Notes: a model not told the origin generated them from the sequence alone. 64,000 nt of DNA from a bacterium (GCA_017616555.1 JAFZXZ010000016.1:24642-88641); one strand, 5' to 3'; shown: positions 11,490 through 24,379, counted from the first letter of the stretch. A program made the numbers and translations.

Positions 11490-14018
11490 TTATTCTTTTT
11501 CCGTTTCGTTTTCCTCGGGGAGGAGTTCGCCCTGGGTCGGGCCGGACTCTTCCTCGCCCTCTTCCTCAGCTTCCTCCAAGCCGGTCGTGAAGACTCGGGC
11601 GGCGGCGACCAAAGAATCGCCTTCATCAAGTCTCGCGGCCAGGACGCCCTGGGTGTTGCGGCCGATCTCGCGGAACTCGCCGGCTCTAGTCCTGATCAGC
11701 TGCCCGCCCTGCGTCACCATGACGATCTCGGTGGTCGCGTCAACCGTGAAGGCGGAGACCACCTTGCCGTTCCTGTCGGTCGTCTTGATAGCGATCAAGC
11801 CCTTGCCGGCGCGGCGCTGGATATGGTATTCGTGGAAGGTCGTGCGCTTGCCATAACCCTGCTCCGTAAGGACCAGAACGCTGGTGTTCTCGTCGCTTAC
11901 CACTTCCATTCCGATGACGTAGTCGTTGTTCTCGAGCTTGATGCCTCTGACGCCCTTGGTGTTGCGGCCGAGGTCTCTGGCGTCCTGCTCGCTGAAGCGG
12001 ATGGACATGCCGTTTCTGGTGAAGAGGATGACGTCGTCCTGGCCGCCTGTCATCTTGGCGGTGCAGATGGTGTCGTCGTCTTCGAGGTTGATGGCGATAA
12101 GTCCGCTCTTGCGCATATTGCGGAATTCGTTGAGTTTCGTCTTCTTGACGAGGCCCTTTCTGGTGCAGAGGATGATGCTCTGGGTATCGTTGAAGCCCGT
12201 CACGCGCAGGATAGCGGAGATCTTTTCTCCGCTCTCAACCTGCAGCAGGTTGACGATCGCTTTGCCGCGGGAATCTCTTGGCATCTGCGGGATCTCATAA
12301 GCCTTGAGCCAGTAAACTTTGCCGGCCGAAGTGAAGAAGAAGAGGTAATCGTGCGTGGAGGCCGTGAAGACCTGCTCCACGAAATCCTCTTCCTTCGTGC
12401 CGACGCCCCTGATGCCGGAGCCGCCTCTGTGCTGGCTCCTGAAGGCGGAGACCGGGCAGCGTTTGATATATCCGCTGTGCGTCACGGTGATAACGGTAGT
12501 CTCGTTGGCGATCAGATCTTCCATCTTGAGATCGTCCGCGGAGCCCGCCAGCGCGGTGCGGCGTTCGTCGCTGTAGCGCTTCTTGAGGTCTTCCAGTTCG
12601 TCTATGATGAGGCCTATTAGAACTTTCTCGTCGGACAGTACGCTCTTTAAGAAAGCGATCTCTTTTTCAAGCTCTTTCAGTTCGTCTTCCAGCTTTCCGC
12701 GTTCCAGACCGGTCAGCTGATAGAGTCGCATGTCTAAGATGGCGACAGCCTGGGGCTCGGTGAAGCCAAGCTTGTTGATCAGGCCGACTCTCGCTTCTTC
12801 CCTGTCTTTGCTGCCTCTGATCAAAGCGACGACCTTGTCGATCATGTCGAGGGCTTTTAGGAAGCCTTCCACGACGTGCGCGCGCTTTTCGGCTTTGGCC
12901 AGGTCGAAGGCGGATCTTCTCGTCACCACTTCTTTCCTGTGGTTGACGAAGCTGTGCAGGCACTGCTTCAGGCCGACCGTCCTGGGCTGGCCGTCTTCGA
13001 TGGCGATCAATATGGCGCCGAAGGTCATCTGCAGCTGCGTGTGCTTGTAGAGCTGGTTCAGAACCACGTCGGGTATTTCGCCGCGCTTCAGTTCCACCAC
13101 GATACGGATGCCTTCCTTGCTGGATTCGTCCCTAAGGTCGGAGATGCCGGTGATCTTCTTGTCGTTGACCAGTTCGGCGATCGAAGTCACGAGGTTCGCT
13201 TTGTTGACGGTGTAGGGTATCTCGGTGATGACGATGTTGTCTTTGCCCATCTTCCCGGGCTCGACGCCCGCCGCGCCCCTGATCTTCAGTCTGCCGCGGC
13301 CCGTTTTGTACATGTTGATTATTTCGCTGTTGCCGCAGATGATGCCGCCGGTCGGGAAATCCGGTCCGGGCAGGACGGTCATAAGTTCCTGCAGAGAGAC
13401 TTCCGGATTCTTGATGAACATGATAAGCGCGTCGCAAAGTTCGCCCAGGTTGTGGGGCGGAACGTTGGTCGCCATACCGACCGCGATGCCGCTCGTGCCG
13501 TTCAAAAGAAGCTGCGGGACTTTCGTCGGCAAAACCGTCGGTTCGGGCACAGTCTCGTCGAAGTTCGGCATGAAATCGACGGTGTCCTTGTCAATGTCCG
13601 CCAGCATTTCTTCCGCCAGGGCCGTCATGCGGCACTCGGTGTAGCGGTAGGCCGCGGCGGAGTCGCCGTCGATACTGCCGAAGTTGCCTTGTCCGTCCAC
13701 CAGAGGATATCTCATGCTCCAGGGCTGCGCCATACGCACTAATGTATCGTAAACAGCCGAGTCGCCGTGGGGGTGATACTTCTTCAAGACTTCGCCGACC
13801 ACGCCGGCGCACTTGGAGTATTTGCGGTTATGCAGTAAACCTTCCCGGAACATGGCGTAAAGGACGCGGCGGTGCACCGGTTTCAAACCGTCCCTGACTT
13901 CCGGCAGGGCGCGGCTGATGATCACGCTCATGGCGTAATCGATGAAGGATTTTTTCATCTCGGCCGATACGGATACCGGCTGGACTTTCTCAGTGCTTGT
14001 ATAAAGATTCTGATCCAT
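11490..14018 (-). CDS. gyrA: DNA gyrase subunit A
   Basis: YAMSVIISRALP, RDGLKPVHRR, HPHGDS, AAYRYTE, GyrA-box QHRGGSG, beta-pinwheel repeats, acidic tail. Confidence 0.98.
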   Translation of the reverse strand: MDQNLYTSTEKVQPVSVSAEMKKSFIDYAMSVIISRALPEVRDGLKPVHRRVLYAMFREGLLHNRKYSKCAGVVGEVLKKYHPHGDSAVYDTLVRMAQPWSMRYPLVDGQGNFGSIDGDSAAAYRYTECRMTALAEEMLADIDKDTVDFMPNFDETVPEPTVLPTKVPQLLLNGTSGIAVGMATNVPPHNLGELCDALIMFIKNPEVSLQELMTVLPGPDFPTGGIICGNSEIINMYKTGRGRLKIRGAAGVEPGKMGKDNIVITEIPYTVNKANLVTSIAELVNDKKITGISDLRDESSKEGIRIVVELKRGEIPDVVLNQLYKHTQLQMTFGAILIAIEDGQPRTVGLKQCLHSFVNHRKEVVTRRSAFDLAKAEKRAHVVEGFLKALDMIDKVVALIRGSKDREEARVGLINKLGFTEPQAVAILDMRLYQLTGLERGKLEDELKELEKEIAFLKSVLSDEKVLIGLIIDELEDLKKRYSDERRTALAGSADDLKMEDLIANETTVITVTHSGYIKRCPVSAFRSQHRGGSGIRGVGTKEEDFVEQVFTASTHDYLFFFTSAGKVYWLKAYEIPQMPRDSRGKAIVNLLQVESGEKISAILRVTGFNDTQSIILCTRKGLVKKTKLNEFRNMRKSGLIAINLEDDDTICTAKMTGGQDDVILFTRNGMSIRFSEQDARDLGRNTKGVRGIKLENNDYVIGMEVVSDENTSVLVLTEQGYGKRTTFHEYHIQRRAGKGLIAIKTTDRNGKVVSAFTVDATTEIVMVTQGGQLIRTRAGEFREIGRNTQGVLAARLDEGDSLVAAARVFTTGLEEAEEEGEEESGPTQGELLPEENETEKE

Positions 14019-14033
14019 AATTTATCGATCCTA

Positions 14034-16529
<2,496 letters not shown>

Positions 16530-16556
16530 TTATTAGTTAATTATTTATATAAAGAT

Positions 16557-16585
16557 ATTCTATCAAATGAGCCGAAAAATGTCAA
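16557..16585 (-). promoter_or_regulatory. sigma70 promoter of gyrB-gyrA-tig operon
   Basis: minus strand TTGACA, 17 nt, TAGAAT. Confidence 0.75.
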
Positions 16586-16608
16586 AACGGCCCCCTCCAA
16601 AAAAGGCC

Positions 16609-16648
16609 GACCGCCTTTTAAAGCCCTCCAAGGCCCCAAAAGGCGGTC
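16609..16648 (-). terminator. possible terminator hairpin downstream of the large hypothetical gene
   Basis: 11-bp inverted repeat GACCGCCTTTT/AAAAGGCGGTC with 18-nt loop; T6 run 4 nt further on the minus strand. Confidence 0.35.
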
Positions 16649-16779
16649 TTACCCATCAAGCACGGCTCCCCCTACGAGTGAAGAGCCGCTAAACCACACC
16701 AATTTGTTTTATAAAGTATTAAATTGCAATATGTTCTATTTTAGATCCCATCTTTTCCTATCGGGAAAATCCATTACAG

Positions 16780-19700
16780 CTACTTGAGGGAAGTTATTTT
16801 GTCCGCAATGTCTTTTCTGCCTTTCTTTACGCACCACTCGCAGAAATAATTTAAATATCCTATATAAGCCTTTTTATCTAAGATTCCGCTCTTTTCGATA
16901 AGCGTCATCATATCGTCAGCGCAAGACACCGGGCTGTCATCGTTTAACTTTCTTGTTAAGAATGGTATGTCTCCCATCATAGGACAGCCTTCCTTGGCAA
17001 TGAAGGAAAGCAACTCGGCAAACTCCAGGGAATCTTCCGTAAGGCAGGCCTCTTCAATGGCAAATGGCACACTCTTCTCCTTCTCCCAACCTCCTTTAAC
17101 GAAAGCCTTGAACCAATTGGTCTCGGAGATCTGGCCCAGCCGGCGCAAAGTCAGCATATCCTGCTTGGGCAAGGTCGCCAGATAAGGCTGGACGACTTCC
17201 ATGGCAATTGTCTTATCGCGGTCGTAATTTTTGAACCATACATTATTAAGGTTATGTAACCTCAAAGTTCTTTCACAATTATCCTCCAATTGCGTCTTAA
17301 CCCAATTTTTCCTAATCTCATCTCTATCCGGTAAAGACTTTAAATCTACAGAATCGTCTCTTGGATTATAAGTTAACCAGCCAAAGATCTCATAGAAATC
17401 ATCAATGTCTTCAGTGATATGATATATCTTCTCCGGCGGATAATTCTTTTTTAAGAAATCAACAACTTCAGGTTTTTTATTCTGGTCGATAAGAATTATG
17501 CAATATTGTTTCAGCAAAGCCAAAGCGTCCGGATGCTCAGCGAGCGCTTCGGAGGCATATTTCAGAAAAGCTTCCTCTTGTTTATACTCTTTGCAAAAGA
17601 GCGCTCTTTCATAAACATCCCATGTAAATCGGCTTGGCGAAACGAAGGATGGCTGCCAACGCTCGGGAGCTCGTTCGGAACCGTAAACAGATTTTTCGCA
17701 ATCATTGGTCTCGTAACGTTTCTGAATTGAATAATCAAGAGTTTTACTCGCTCTTTCGGCAACCTTTGAAAGCGCGTTGGTTTGACTAAGGAAAACCAGC
17801 GCATCCGCTATCTGGTAGAAGGTTATGGAATCAAGAATTTCATAAGCGGCGCTGCTGGAAGAATGAAAAGACGCCGAATAATTTTGCTGAAAACACTTTT
17901 CGTTAACGGGGGCGTTTATCAGAGCATCTAAGAATTCTTGGAAAGTAAAATGTCCCTCTTTTTCGCAATTTTCCAAAAGTCTTGACTTAAGTTCTTCTTT
18001 TATAACGCCGGTATTGTCTTTTAAATTCTCCATTGGAAACTTTGCAAAATCCAGCCAATTGGCTACGGCTTCTGGCAATTTATCCGTGAACAGCAGCCTT
18101 TTCCAAAGCGGCAACCATTCGCTTTGGGAGTGCCTGAAGTAATAGGTCTGCTTTTTTGTCGACACTGGAGAATATTCAATTTCCTTCTCTATTTTTTCTT
18201 CAAGCGCCTTTTTAGGATCGTAATAGGTGATTTTATCTTTCCGTTCTGTGTTTTTCAGGATAGAATCAACTTCACTTGCAACTTCAGGAACGTTCTTTGA
18301 AAGGCACCATTTCTTAAACCGTTCAGCATAATAAGGAAAATCAGGATTGCTCTTTATATCGCTTCCCTGTATCATGTCGAGAATAATCTTGGCGCAAGAT
18401 GAGGGGTAATTATCCCTAAGGCTGACAATAATGCATGATATCCCCACTTGGTCTTTCTCGGGAGATAAGATCCTCAAACAGTTTGTAAACTCCTCCGGAT
18501 CGTCGGTAAGAGTGGCTAGATAAAGTGCGCAGAAAATATTGTCTTCTTTTTTCAGCTTTTTCCTTAGGTAACACTTGAAATCATCCTGATCAGATATCTC
18601 GGAAAGCCTTCTGACAATCGATAAAGAAGGCTTTTCAACGTTTTCAAGCATCGGCTTAACCAACTTTTTTTTGATTTCATCATAAGAAAGATACGTCAGA
18701 GAGGAATGCGATGGGCTTTGGCCTTCCCAAAACCATCCGGCACTTCGGCAGAACTCATGAGGATTGTGATAGAGCTGCCATTGAAGCACCTTAAAAAGAG
18801 GAGACGGCTCTTCCCTGGTGCTTATAGTATCATTCAATGAAACGCGCAATCCTGCATATTCAGGGTAAGCTTCCGTGAAAGTGCATATCTTATCAACATT
18901 AAAATGCTTATTTAAAAACTCTATGGCTTTTTCCCTATTACTAAGGCGCTCACAATAAAATTTCGTGAGAAAAAAACAATTGCTTTGAGTATCGGCAAAA
19001 CTTTCAAGCTCTTTAAAAAAACTGTCCTTAATGCCGCAGCGTTCAGCGAACATAAACAATTCCCACCATTTGCCGATAATATCATTCTTAATTAACTTAT
19101 AATAGCCTTCGAAACTAAAAGTAGTTATATCTCCCAAAGATTGTTCGCCTAATGTGCTGCCGCAAAATTCTCTATAATCTCCTTTTTTCAGTTCCTCCAA
19201 CTTGTCCAGCAAAATCTTTTCACCACCGTTTTTCAGGCTAAGAATTTTCAGTACATCGCTTACGCTTTTAAAATTATAAGAATATCTTGTAGCTGTTTTT
19301 TTCTGTTCATTCTTTGAAAAGTACATATAAGCATAGCACGCCGGATAACAGCAGTTCCCATCCGTACGCATCTTTAAAAGCGCATCGGAAAAATCATCCA
19401 GCGTGAAGTGGCCTGGTTCTTCGCAGAGTTTTTTAAATTCAGTCGCAATGTTCAAAAAATGAGAATCGTCCGGCCAAGTAGGATTGTCGACTTGACACAG
19501 GAAAAAGAGCGGCACTTTCGCAAAGTTGAGCCAGTTGGTGACGGACTCCGCCAGCGTTCCGTTTAAAATGATTTCCTTCCAAATCGGCAGCCACTCTTCC
19601 TTGGGTGAGGTTCTGTGATATTCCCAGGAAGCCTGAAGGGAATCCTTAATTTCTTTTTCCGCAGCGTATTTTTCAATGTTCGCGGCTAGTTTTTGTTTGG

Positions 19701-19797
19701 GCGTAAGCGAAGCGTCATTTTCATCCGCAAAAGAAGAAACGCAAAGCGCAAAAACGATACTTGCAAAAACAAGCAAAAGATAGTTTGTCTTTTTCAT
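16780..19797 (-). CDS. large exported hypothetical protein made of two tandem ~480-aa homologous halves
   Basis: signal peptide MKKTNYLLLVFASIVFALCVSSFA; paired motifs WLPIWK/WLPLWK, NWLNFAK/NWLDFAK, GHFTLDDF/GHFTFQEF; visibly AT-richer than flanks; start set at 19797. Confidence 0.8.
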   Translation of the reverse strand: MKKTNYLLLVFASIVFALCVSSFADENDASLTPKQKLAANIEKYAAEKEIKDSLQASWEYHRTSPKEEWLPIWKEIILNGTLAESVTNWLNFAKVPLFFLCQVDNPTWPDDSHFLNIATEFKKLCEEPGHFTLDDFSDALLKMRTDGNCCYPACYAYMYFSKNEQKKTATRYSYNFKSVSDVLKILSLKNGGEKILLDKLEELKKGDYREFCGSTLGEQSLGDITTFSFEGYYKLIKNDIIGKWWELFMFAERCGIKDSFFKELESFADTQSNCFFLTKFYCERLSNREKAIEFLNKHFNVDKICTFTEAYPEYAGLRVSLNDTISTREEPSPLFKVLQWQLYHNPHEFCRSAGWFWEGQSPSHSSLTYLSYDEIKKKLVKPMLENVEKPSLSIVRRLSEISDQDDFKCYLRKKLKKEDNIFCALYLATLTDDPEEFTNCLRILSPEKDQVGISCIIVSLRDNYPSSCAKIILDMIQGSDIKSNPDFPYYAERFKKWCLSKNVPEVASEVDSILKNTERKDKITYYDPKKALEEKIEKEIEYSPVSTKKQTYYFRHSQSEWLPLWKRLLFTDKLPEAVANWLDFAKFPMENLKDNTGVIKEELKSRLLENCEKEGHFTFQEFLDALINAPVNEKCFQQNYSASFHSSSSAAYEILDSITFYQIADALVFLSQTNALSKVAERASKTLDYSIQKRYETNDCEKSVYGSERAPERWQPSFVSPSRFTWDVYERALFCKEYKQEEAFLKYASEALAEHPDALALLKQYCIILIDQNKKPEVVDFLKKNYPPEKIYHITEDIDDFYEIFGWLTYNPRDDSVDLKSLPDRDEIRKNWVKTQLEDNCERTLRLHNLNNVWFKNYDRDKTIAMEVVQPYLATLPKQDMLTLRRLGQISETNWFKAFVKGGWEKEKSVPFAIEEACLTEDSLEFAELLSFIAKEGCPMMGDIPFLTRKLNDDSPVSCADDMMTLIEKSGILDKKAYIGYLNYFCEWCVKKGRKDIADKITSLK

Positions 19798-19841
19798 GGT
19801 ACAACCTTCGGGCGATGGTTTACACGATTCTAAAACTGTGT

Positions 19842-19869
19842 ATACTATTTTACCATACTTTTGTGTCAA
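19842..19869 (-). promoter_or_regulatory. probable sigma70 promoter of the tandem-domain gene
   Basis: minus strand TTGACA (19864-19869), 16 nt, TAGTAT; -35 is fused to a T14 run. Confidence 0.5.
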
Positions 19870-20002
19870 AAAAAAAAAAAAGCAAGCGTAAGTTGCTTTC
19901 GTTAAACGAGTTGCTTCTTGCTTGCCATAACTGGCGCAACGTTTGATTTGACCTTACCAAAATGGAGAGGTGTCCATTTTGGTGGAGAAAAATGATCGCT
20001 TT

Positions 20003-20881
20003 TTATGAGCGGAAGGTGACGACGGAACCGGGGGCGACGTTGGATGTCACCCAGCTGTTGCCGCCTATCGTGGCGCCTTTGCCTATGGTGATGTCGCCGA
20101 GGATGGTGGCGTTGGCGTAGATGATGACGTCGTCCTCGATGGTGGGATGGCGTTTGGAGTTCCTGGCTTCCCTGGCGTTGGGTGGGAAAGATTTGGCGCC
20201 AAGTGTGACGCCCTGGTAAAGCTTGACGTTTCTGCCGATTATGGTGGTCTCACCGATGACTACGCCGGTGGCGTGGTCGATGAAGAAGCGCTCTCCTATT
20301 TTGGCGCCCGGGTGGATGTCAACGCCGGTCCTTCTGTGGCCGTATTCCGTCATGATCCTGGGGATAAGGGGAACGCCCATGGAATGGAGTTCGTGGGCCA
20401 GACGCTGGATGGCGATGGCCTGGAAGCCCGGATAGCAGAGGATCACTTCCTCCTTGGCGAAGCAGGCGGGGTCGCCGTCGTAGGCGGCCTCGATGTCGGT
20501 CTTGATGAGGGATCTGACTTTGGGGAGAGTGAGGAGGAAAGTTTCGGCAAGGGCGGCGGCTTTTTTTACGCAGCGGGCTTTGTCGCAGTCGGGGCGTTCG
20601 TCGCCCCGGCAGACGTAATTTATGCCTCTTAAAATTTGTTCGGTAAGTTTTTGCTTGACCTCCTCGAGGCGGCAGACCGTGACCGCCGCGAAGTTCGCTT
20701 TAGTCAGACGCTCCGAACCGAAAAAGCCGGGTAGGACGAGCGCTAAGAGCTCCTCCGTTAAGGAGGCGATGTCGTCGCTGCTCGGCAGATTCAGTCCGTC
20801 GATATGGTTGATGTTGCCGTCCTCTTTGTAGCTTTCGACTAAGTTGGAGGCGGCGTCGCTGACTAATTTGTGATCAGACAT
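20003..20881 (-). CDS. cysE: serine O-acetyltransferase
   Basis: AAYDGDPA, YPGFQAI, DIHPGAKIG, FIDHATGVVIGET, KRHPTI hexapeptide repeats. Confidence 0.9.
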   Translation of the reverse strand: MSDHKLVSDAASNLVESYKEDGNINHIDGLNLPSSDDIASLTEELLALVLPGFFGSERLTKANFAAVTVCRLEEVKQKLTEQILRGINYVCRGDERPDCDKARCVKKAAALAETFLLTLPKVRSLIKTDIEAAYDGDPACFAKEEVILCYPGFQAIAIQRLAHELHSMGVPLIPRIMTEYGHRRTGVDIHPGAKIGERFFIDHATGVVIGETTIIGRNVKLYQGVTLGAKSFPPNAREARNSKRHPTIEDDVIIYANATILGDITIGKGATIGGNSWVTSNVAPGSVVTFRS

Positions 20882-20888
20882 TTTGTTT

Positions 20889-21359
20889 TTAGTTCTCGAA
20901 TGCCGCTATCGTGTCGATAGCTTCCTGAGGAGTCTTGACCTGGGCCAATTTTTCTCTCACTTCGCTCTTTCCTAAGAGGCGGGAGATCCTAGCCATGGCG
21001 TGGAGATACTGGTTGTTGTCGCCGGAATCGGGGGCGATGATGAGGATCACCAGATTGACGGGCAGACCGTCAAGAGCGCCGTACTCGATGGGACGGGCGG
21101 GACGGGCCAACAGGACGGAGATCTCTTCGACCTGGCTGGATTTGGCGTGCGGGAAGCCGATGCCGCGACCGATACCGGTGTTGCCGAGGGCTTCGCGTTC
21201 CGTCACTTCCCTGGCCAGGGCTTCCGGATCAGCGATGTTGTTTACTTCCGAGAAGGTCTTGATGATCTTGGCCAGAAGGGCGTCTTTTTCCTTCTCCTTA
21301 ACGTCAAGAAGAATGTTTTTGGGAGTTAAGAGATTGGAGAGTTTCAGTTCGTTCATCAT
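20889..21359 (-). CDS. PTS EIIA (fructose/mannitol/Ntr-type, PtsN-like)
   Basis: RE...TGIGRGIGFPHAK phospho-His motif, YGALDGLPV. Confidence 0.88.
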   Translation of the reverse strand: MMNELKLSNLLTPKNILLDVKEKEKDALLAKIIKTFSEVNNIADPEALAREVTEREALGNTGIGRGIGFPHAKSSQVEEISVLLARPARPIEYGALDGLPVNLVILIIAPDSGDNNQYLHAMARISRLLGKSEVREKLAQVKTPQEAIDTIAAFEN

Positions 21360-21361
21360 AG

Positions 21362-21778
21362 TTACTTTACCACTAGTACCGCACAAGGTGCGTGTTCGAT
21401 TAGTTGCTGAGCCAGACTCGCCTGTCCTAGACCGGGAGTGTGGCCGATTATAATTAGGTCAACGCCGTACTCGGAGGCCAGTCTCGGCAGGACTTCTTCC
21501 GGATACCCGGACTCCTGGAGAATGACGATCGACGCTCCGGCGCTTTTGGCTATTTCTTCGGCGTCATACAAGTAACACCAGCCGTTTTCCTCCAACTCGA
21601 CTTCGGCTTCCGCAAGGCTAATTTCGCCGCTGCGGGTAAGCTGGATGACCGTCTGGCGGTTCACGACGTTCACCGCTATGATGGTCGTTTCCGGGCCGGA
21701 GTAATCGACGGCCACATCAAGAGCGGCGCGTGATTCTTTGCTGGCGTCAACGTAGAGCAGGATGTTTTTCGGTTTCAC
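21362..21778 (-). CDS. universal stress protein
   Basis: NILLYVDAS, GYPEEVL, DLIIIG, APCAVLVVK. Confidence 0.85.
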   Translation of the reverse strand: MKPKNILLYVDASKESRAALDVAVDYSGPETTIIAVNVVNRQTVIQLTRSGEISLAEAEVELEENGWCYLYDAEEIAKSAGASIVILQESGYPEEVLPRLASEYGVDLIIIGHTPGLGQASLAQQLIEHAPCAVLVVK

Positions 21779-21785
21779 TGTTCAC

Positions 21786-22403
21786 CTACTTTTGCAAATT
21801 CATTTTTACTTTCTTGCGCTGGAAGAAGCTTTGCCGTTCCCCTTCCTCAAGAGATTCCGAAATGAATTTGATGGTATCCCCCGCGTTGGGGATGGTGATG
21901 TTTTCAAGGGCGTTCACACGGCGCTGAGTCTTCTGGACTTCCTTGGCGAGACGCGAAAGGGTAAGCGCGGCTTTCGCGTACTCTAAGAGCAGCGGAACGA
22001 CGGAGGAGAAGCTTTTGACGGCGGAGTCGAAACTTTCGGAAGTGCCGAGAAGGCCGAGTTCCGCTGATTCAGGCGCTTTTTCCAATTCGAGTTCCGGGAG
22101 CATGACGCCCATGACCGTATGTTCGCGCATATTTACTTCCAGGGGTTCCCTGAAAGCGAAGTTGGCTCGCTCAATTTCTTCGGAGCCCATTTCGACATAA
22201 GCGTCGTAAAGGTCCCCGTAAGCTTTTTGCAGCGCTTCGTTGAGCCTCCTTTGCAAATGGGAGATCCCGTGGATGACTTGCATCATCTCCATAATGAGGA
22301 CTTCCCTTTTGCGGTCCAAGAGCTCATAGCCGTCTTTGGCGAATTTCAGTTCGCTTTGCAGCTTGAAGAGATTGGATTTAGTAGGAGGCATCTTGAGGAT
22401 CAT
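21786..22403 (-). CDS. ntpD: V/A-type ATP synthase subunit D
   Basis: PTKSNL, LLDRKREVL, KTQRRVNALE. Confidence 0.93.
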   Translation of the reverse strand: MILKMPPTKSNLFKLQSELKFAKDGYELLDRKREVLIMEMMQVIHGISHLQRRLNEALQKAYGDLYDAYVEMGSEEIERANFAFREPLEVNMREHTVMGVMLPELELEKAPESAELGLLGTSESFDSAVKSFSSVVPLLLEYAKAALTLSRLAKEVQKTQRRVNALENITIPNAGDTIKFISESLEEGERQSFFQRKKVKMNLQK

Positions 22404-22412
22404 AAAGACCTC

Positions 22413-22973
22413 TTACTTCTCCGCGGGCTTTTCAGCAGGTTTGGCTTCTTCTTTTTCAGCGGGCTTGGCTTCTTCTTTTTCAGCAGGCTTGGCCTCTTCC
22501 TTTTCAGCAGGCTTGGCTTCAGCTTTCTCAGCGGGCTTAGTTTCTTCCTTAGAGACTTCCTCGTCCTTAGATTCGGACTCGGTCTCCGCGGAGGCCGCGC
22601 TATCCTTGGCTTCCGTGGCGGGAGTTTCCGGTTCCGGATCCTCTTTCTTCATCGTGATCTCCAAGGGCTCCATGTCCTCTTCATCCTCGTACATCTCGGT
22701 GCCGAAGGATGCCTGGGACATGATGTAGCCGTCTTTTTCCGCCTTCACGGAATAGCGGTTACCGGGCACAAGATCGTCGCTCGTGATCTTGAATTGTCCC
22801 CTGGCGTCGGTCTTGCTCTTGATGCTTTCTTTGCCCCAGACGGAGACATCCACGCCCGCCATGGGCGTGCCGTTCTCATCGGTCACCGTGCCTTTCATGG
22901 TCCCGGCGAAAGCGCCGAAGGAGAGCAAGGAAAGGACGATCGCGACGGTAAAACTAGTTTTCATATTGTTCAT
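22413..22973 (-). CDS. exported protein with carboxypeptidase-regulatory-like beta-sandwich and acidic/KPAEKEEA repeat tail
   Basis: signal peptide ending AFA; GTVTDENGTPMAGVDV...TDARGQFKI pattern; low-complexity C-terminus. Confidence 0.75.
   Translation of the reverse strand: MNNMKTSFTVAIVLSLLSFGAFAGTMKGTVTDENGTPMAGVDVSVWGKESIKSKTDARGQFKITSDDLVPGNRYSVKAEKDGYIMSQASFGTEMYEDEEDMEPLEITMKKEDPEPETPATEAKDSAASAETESESKDEEVSKEETKPAEKAEAKPAEKEEAKPAEKEEAKPAEKEEAKPAEKPAEK
22432..22552. repeat. ~5 imperfect 24-bp tandem repeats encoding (K)PAEKEEA
   Basis: recurring tttcagc(a/g)gg(c/t)ttggc units every 24 nt. Confidence 0.85.
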
Positions 22974-22981
22974 TCCTGTTG

Positions 22982-24379
22982 TTATTTTTTGGGAAGATAT
23001 TTTTCTATTTCTTCGCGGGAAACGCGCGTAAGTTCTCTTTCTGGCAGGATGCTCATGAGTTCCCAGCCGATCCTAAGAGTGTCCCTGATGGAGCGGTCTT
23101 CGGAGAAGCTCTGACGGACGAAGGTGTTTTCGAATTCTTCGCCGAAGCGCATGTAAGCTTTGTCGGTGTCGGTCAGTTCCTCGGCGCCTATAATGGATGC
23201 CAAGCTCCTGACATACTCCACTCTGCTGTAGGCGGCGTAGAGCTGGCTTGACCAGTTCGGGTGATCCTTCCTGGTGTAGCCTTCGCCGATGCCGTCCTTC
23301 ATGATTCGGGAAAGACTCGGGAGAACGTTGATAGGCGGATAAATGCCCTTGGCGTGCAATTCCCTTGAGACTACGATCTGGCCTTCCGTGATGTAGCCGG
23401 TGAGGTCGGGCACCGGGTGCGTGATGTCGTCGTTCGGCATCGTAAGAATAGGCAGCTGCGTAATGGAGCCCTTGCTGCCGGAGACGCGGCCGGTGCGCTC
23501 GTAAAGGCTCGCAAGGTCGGAGTAGAGGTAGCCGGGGTATCCTTTGCGGCTAGGCACCTCGCCTCGGGCGATAGCGACTTCACGCAGCGATTCGCAGTAA
23601 TTCGTCATGTCGGTCAATACGACCAGAACGTGGTGGCCGCAGTCGAAAGCCAGATGCTCCGCCAGTGTCAGCGCGATCCTCGGCGTAACGATGCGCTCTT
23701 CGGGAGGGTCGTTGGCAAGGTTCAAGAACATCGCCGTGTTCATGATGGCGCCGGAGCTTTCAAACTCTTTTCTAAAATACTGCGCGACGTCGTACTTGAC
23801 GCCCATGGCGGCGAAGATTATGGAGAATTTGTCGCTTAAGGGATTGCCTTCCCCGTCCACGATCTTGGCCTGGCGGACGATCTGGGCCGCCAGCTCGTTG
23901 TGCGGCAGACCGTTGCCGGAGAAGATGGGAAGCTTCTGCCCGCGGATCAGAGTGTTCATGCCGTCGATAGACGAAATACCTGTCTGGATGAACTCTCTGG
24001 GATAGACGCGGGAAACGGGATTGACAGGCTCGCCGTCGATGGAGCGCGTCACGCCGCCGAAAGGTTCGCCGCCGCCGTCGATGGGACGGCCCAGGCCGTC
24101 AAAGACGCGTCCGAGCATCTCCTCGCTGACACGCGCAGTGAGAGAGTGACCCTTGAAGCAGACTTTCGTCCTGCTTGGAGAAAGGCCGCCCGTCCCTTCA
24201 TAGACCTGTATAAGCGTAAGATCGGAGCTGACGTCGAGGACCTTGCCGTGACGGTTCGTTCCGTCAGGCCCAGTTATCTCGACGACTTCGCCGTATCCGG
24301 CGCCCACCACTCCGCCGATTCCGAGGATAGGCCCGGAGAGGCGCGATACTCCCGTATATTCTCTTGTCAGATCGTTCAT
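22982..24379 (-). CDS. ntpB: V/A-type ATP synthase subunit B
   Basis: [50 protein letters not shown]. Confidence 0.95.
   Translation of the reverse strand: MNDLTREYTGVSRLSGPILGIGGVVGAGYGEVVEITGPDGTNRHGKVLDVSSDLTLIQVYEGTGGLSPSRTKVCFKGHSLTARVSEEMLGRVFDGLGRPIDGGGEPFGGVTRSIDGEPVNPVSRVYPREFIQTGISSIDGMNTLIRGQKLPIFSGNGLPHNELAAQIVRQAKIVDGEGNPLSDKFSIIFAAMGVKYDVAQYFRKEFESSGAIMNTAMFLNLANDPPEERIVTPRIALTLAEHLAFDCGHHVLVVLTDMTNYCESLREVAIARGEVPSRKGYPGYLYSDLASLYERTGRVSGSKGSITQLPILTMPNDDITHPVPDLTGYITEGQIVVSRELHAKGIYPPINVLPSLSRIMKDGIGEGYTRKDHPNWSSQLYAAYSRVEYVRSLASIIGAEELTDTDKAYMRFGEEFENTFVRQSFSEDRSIRDTLRIGWELMSILPERELTRVSREEIEKYLPKK

Noticed and set aside
22432-22552. regularly spaced repeats as a possible CRISPR array
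   Set aside because: Contiguous 24-bp in-frame coding repeats without unique spacers; no cas genes in the window.
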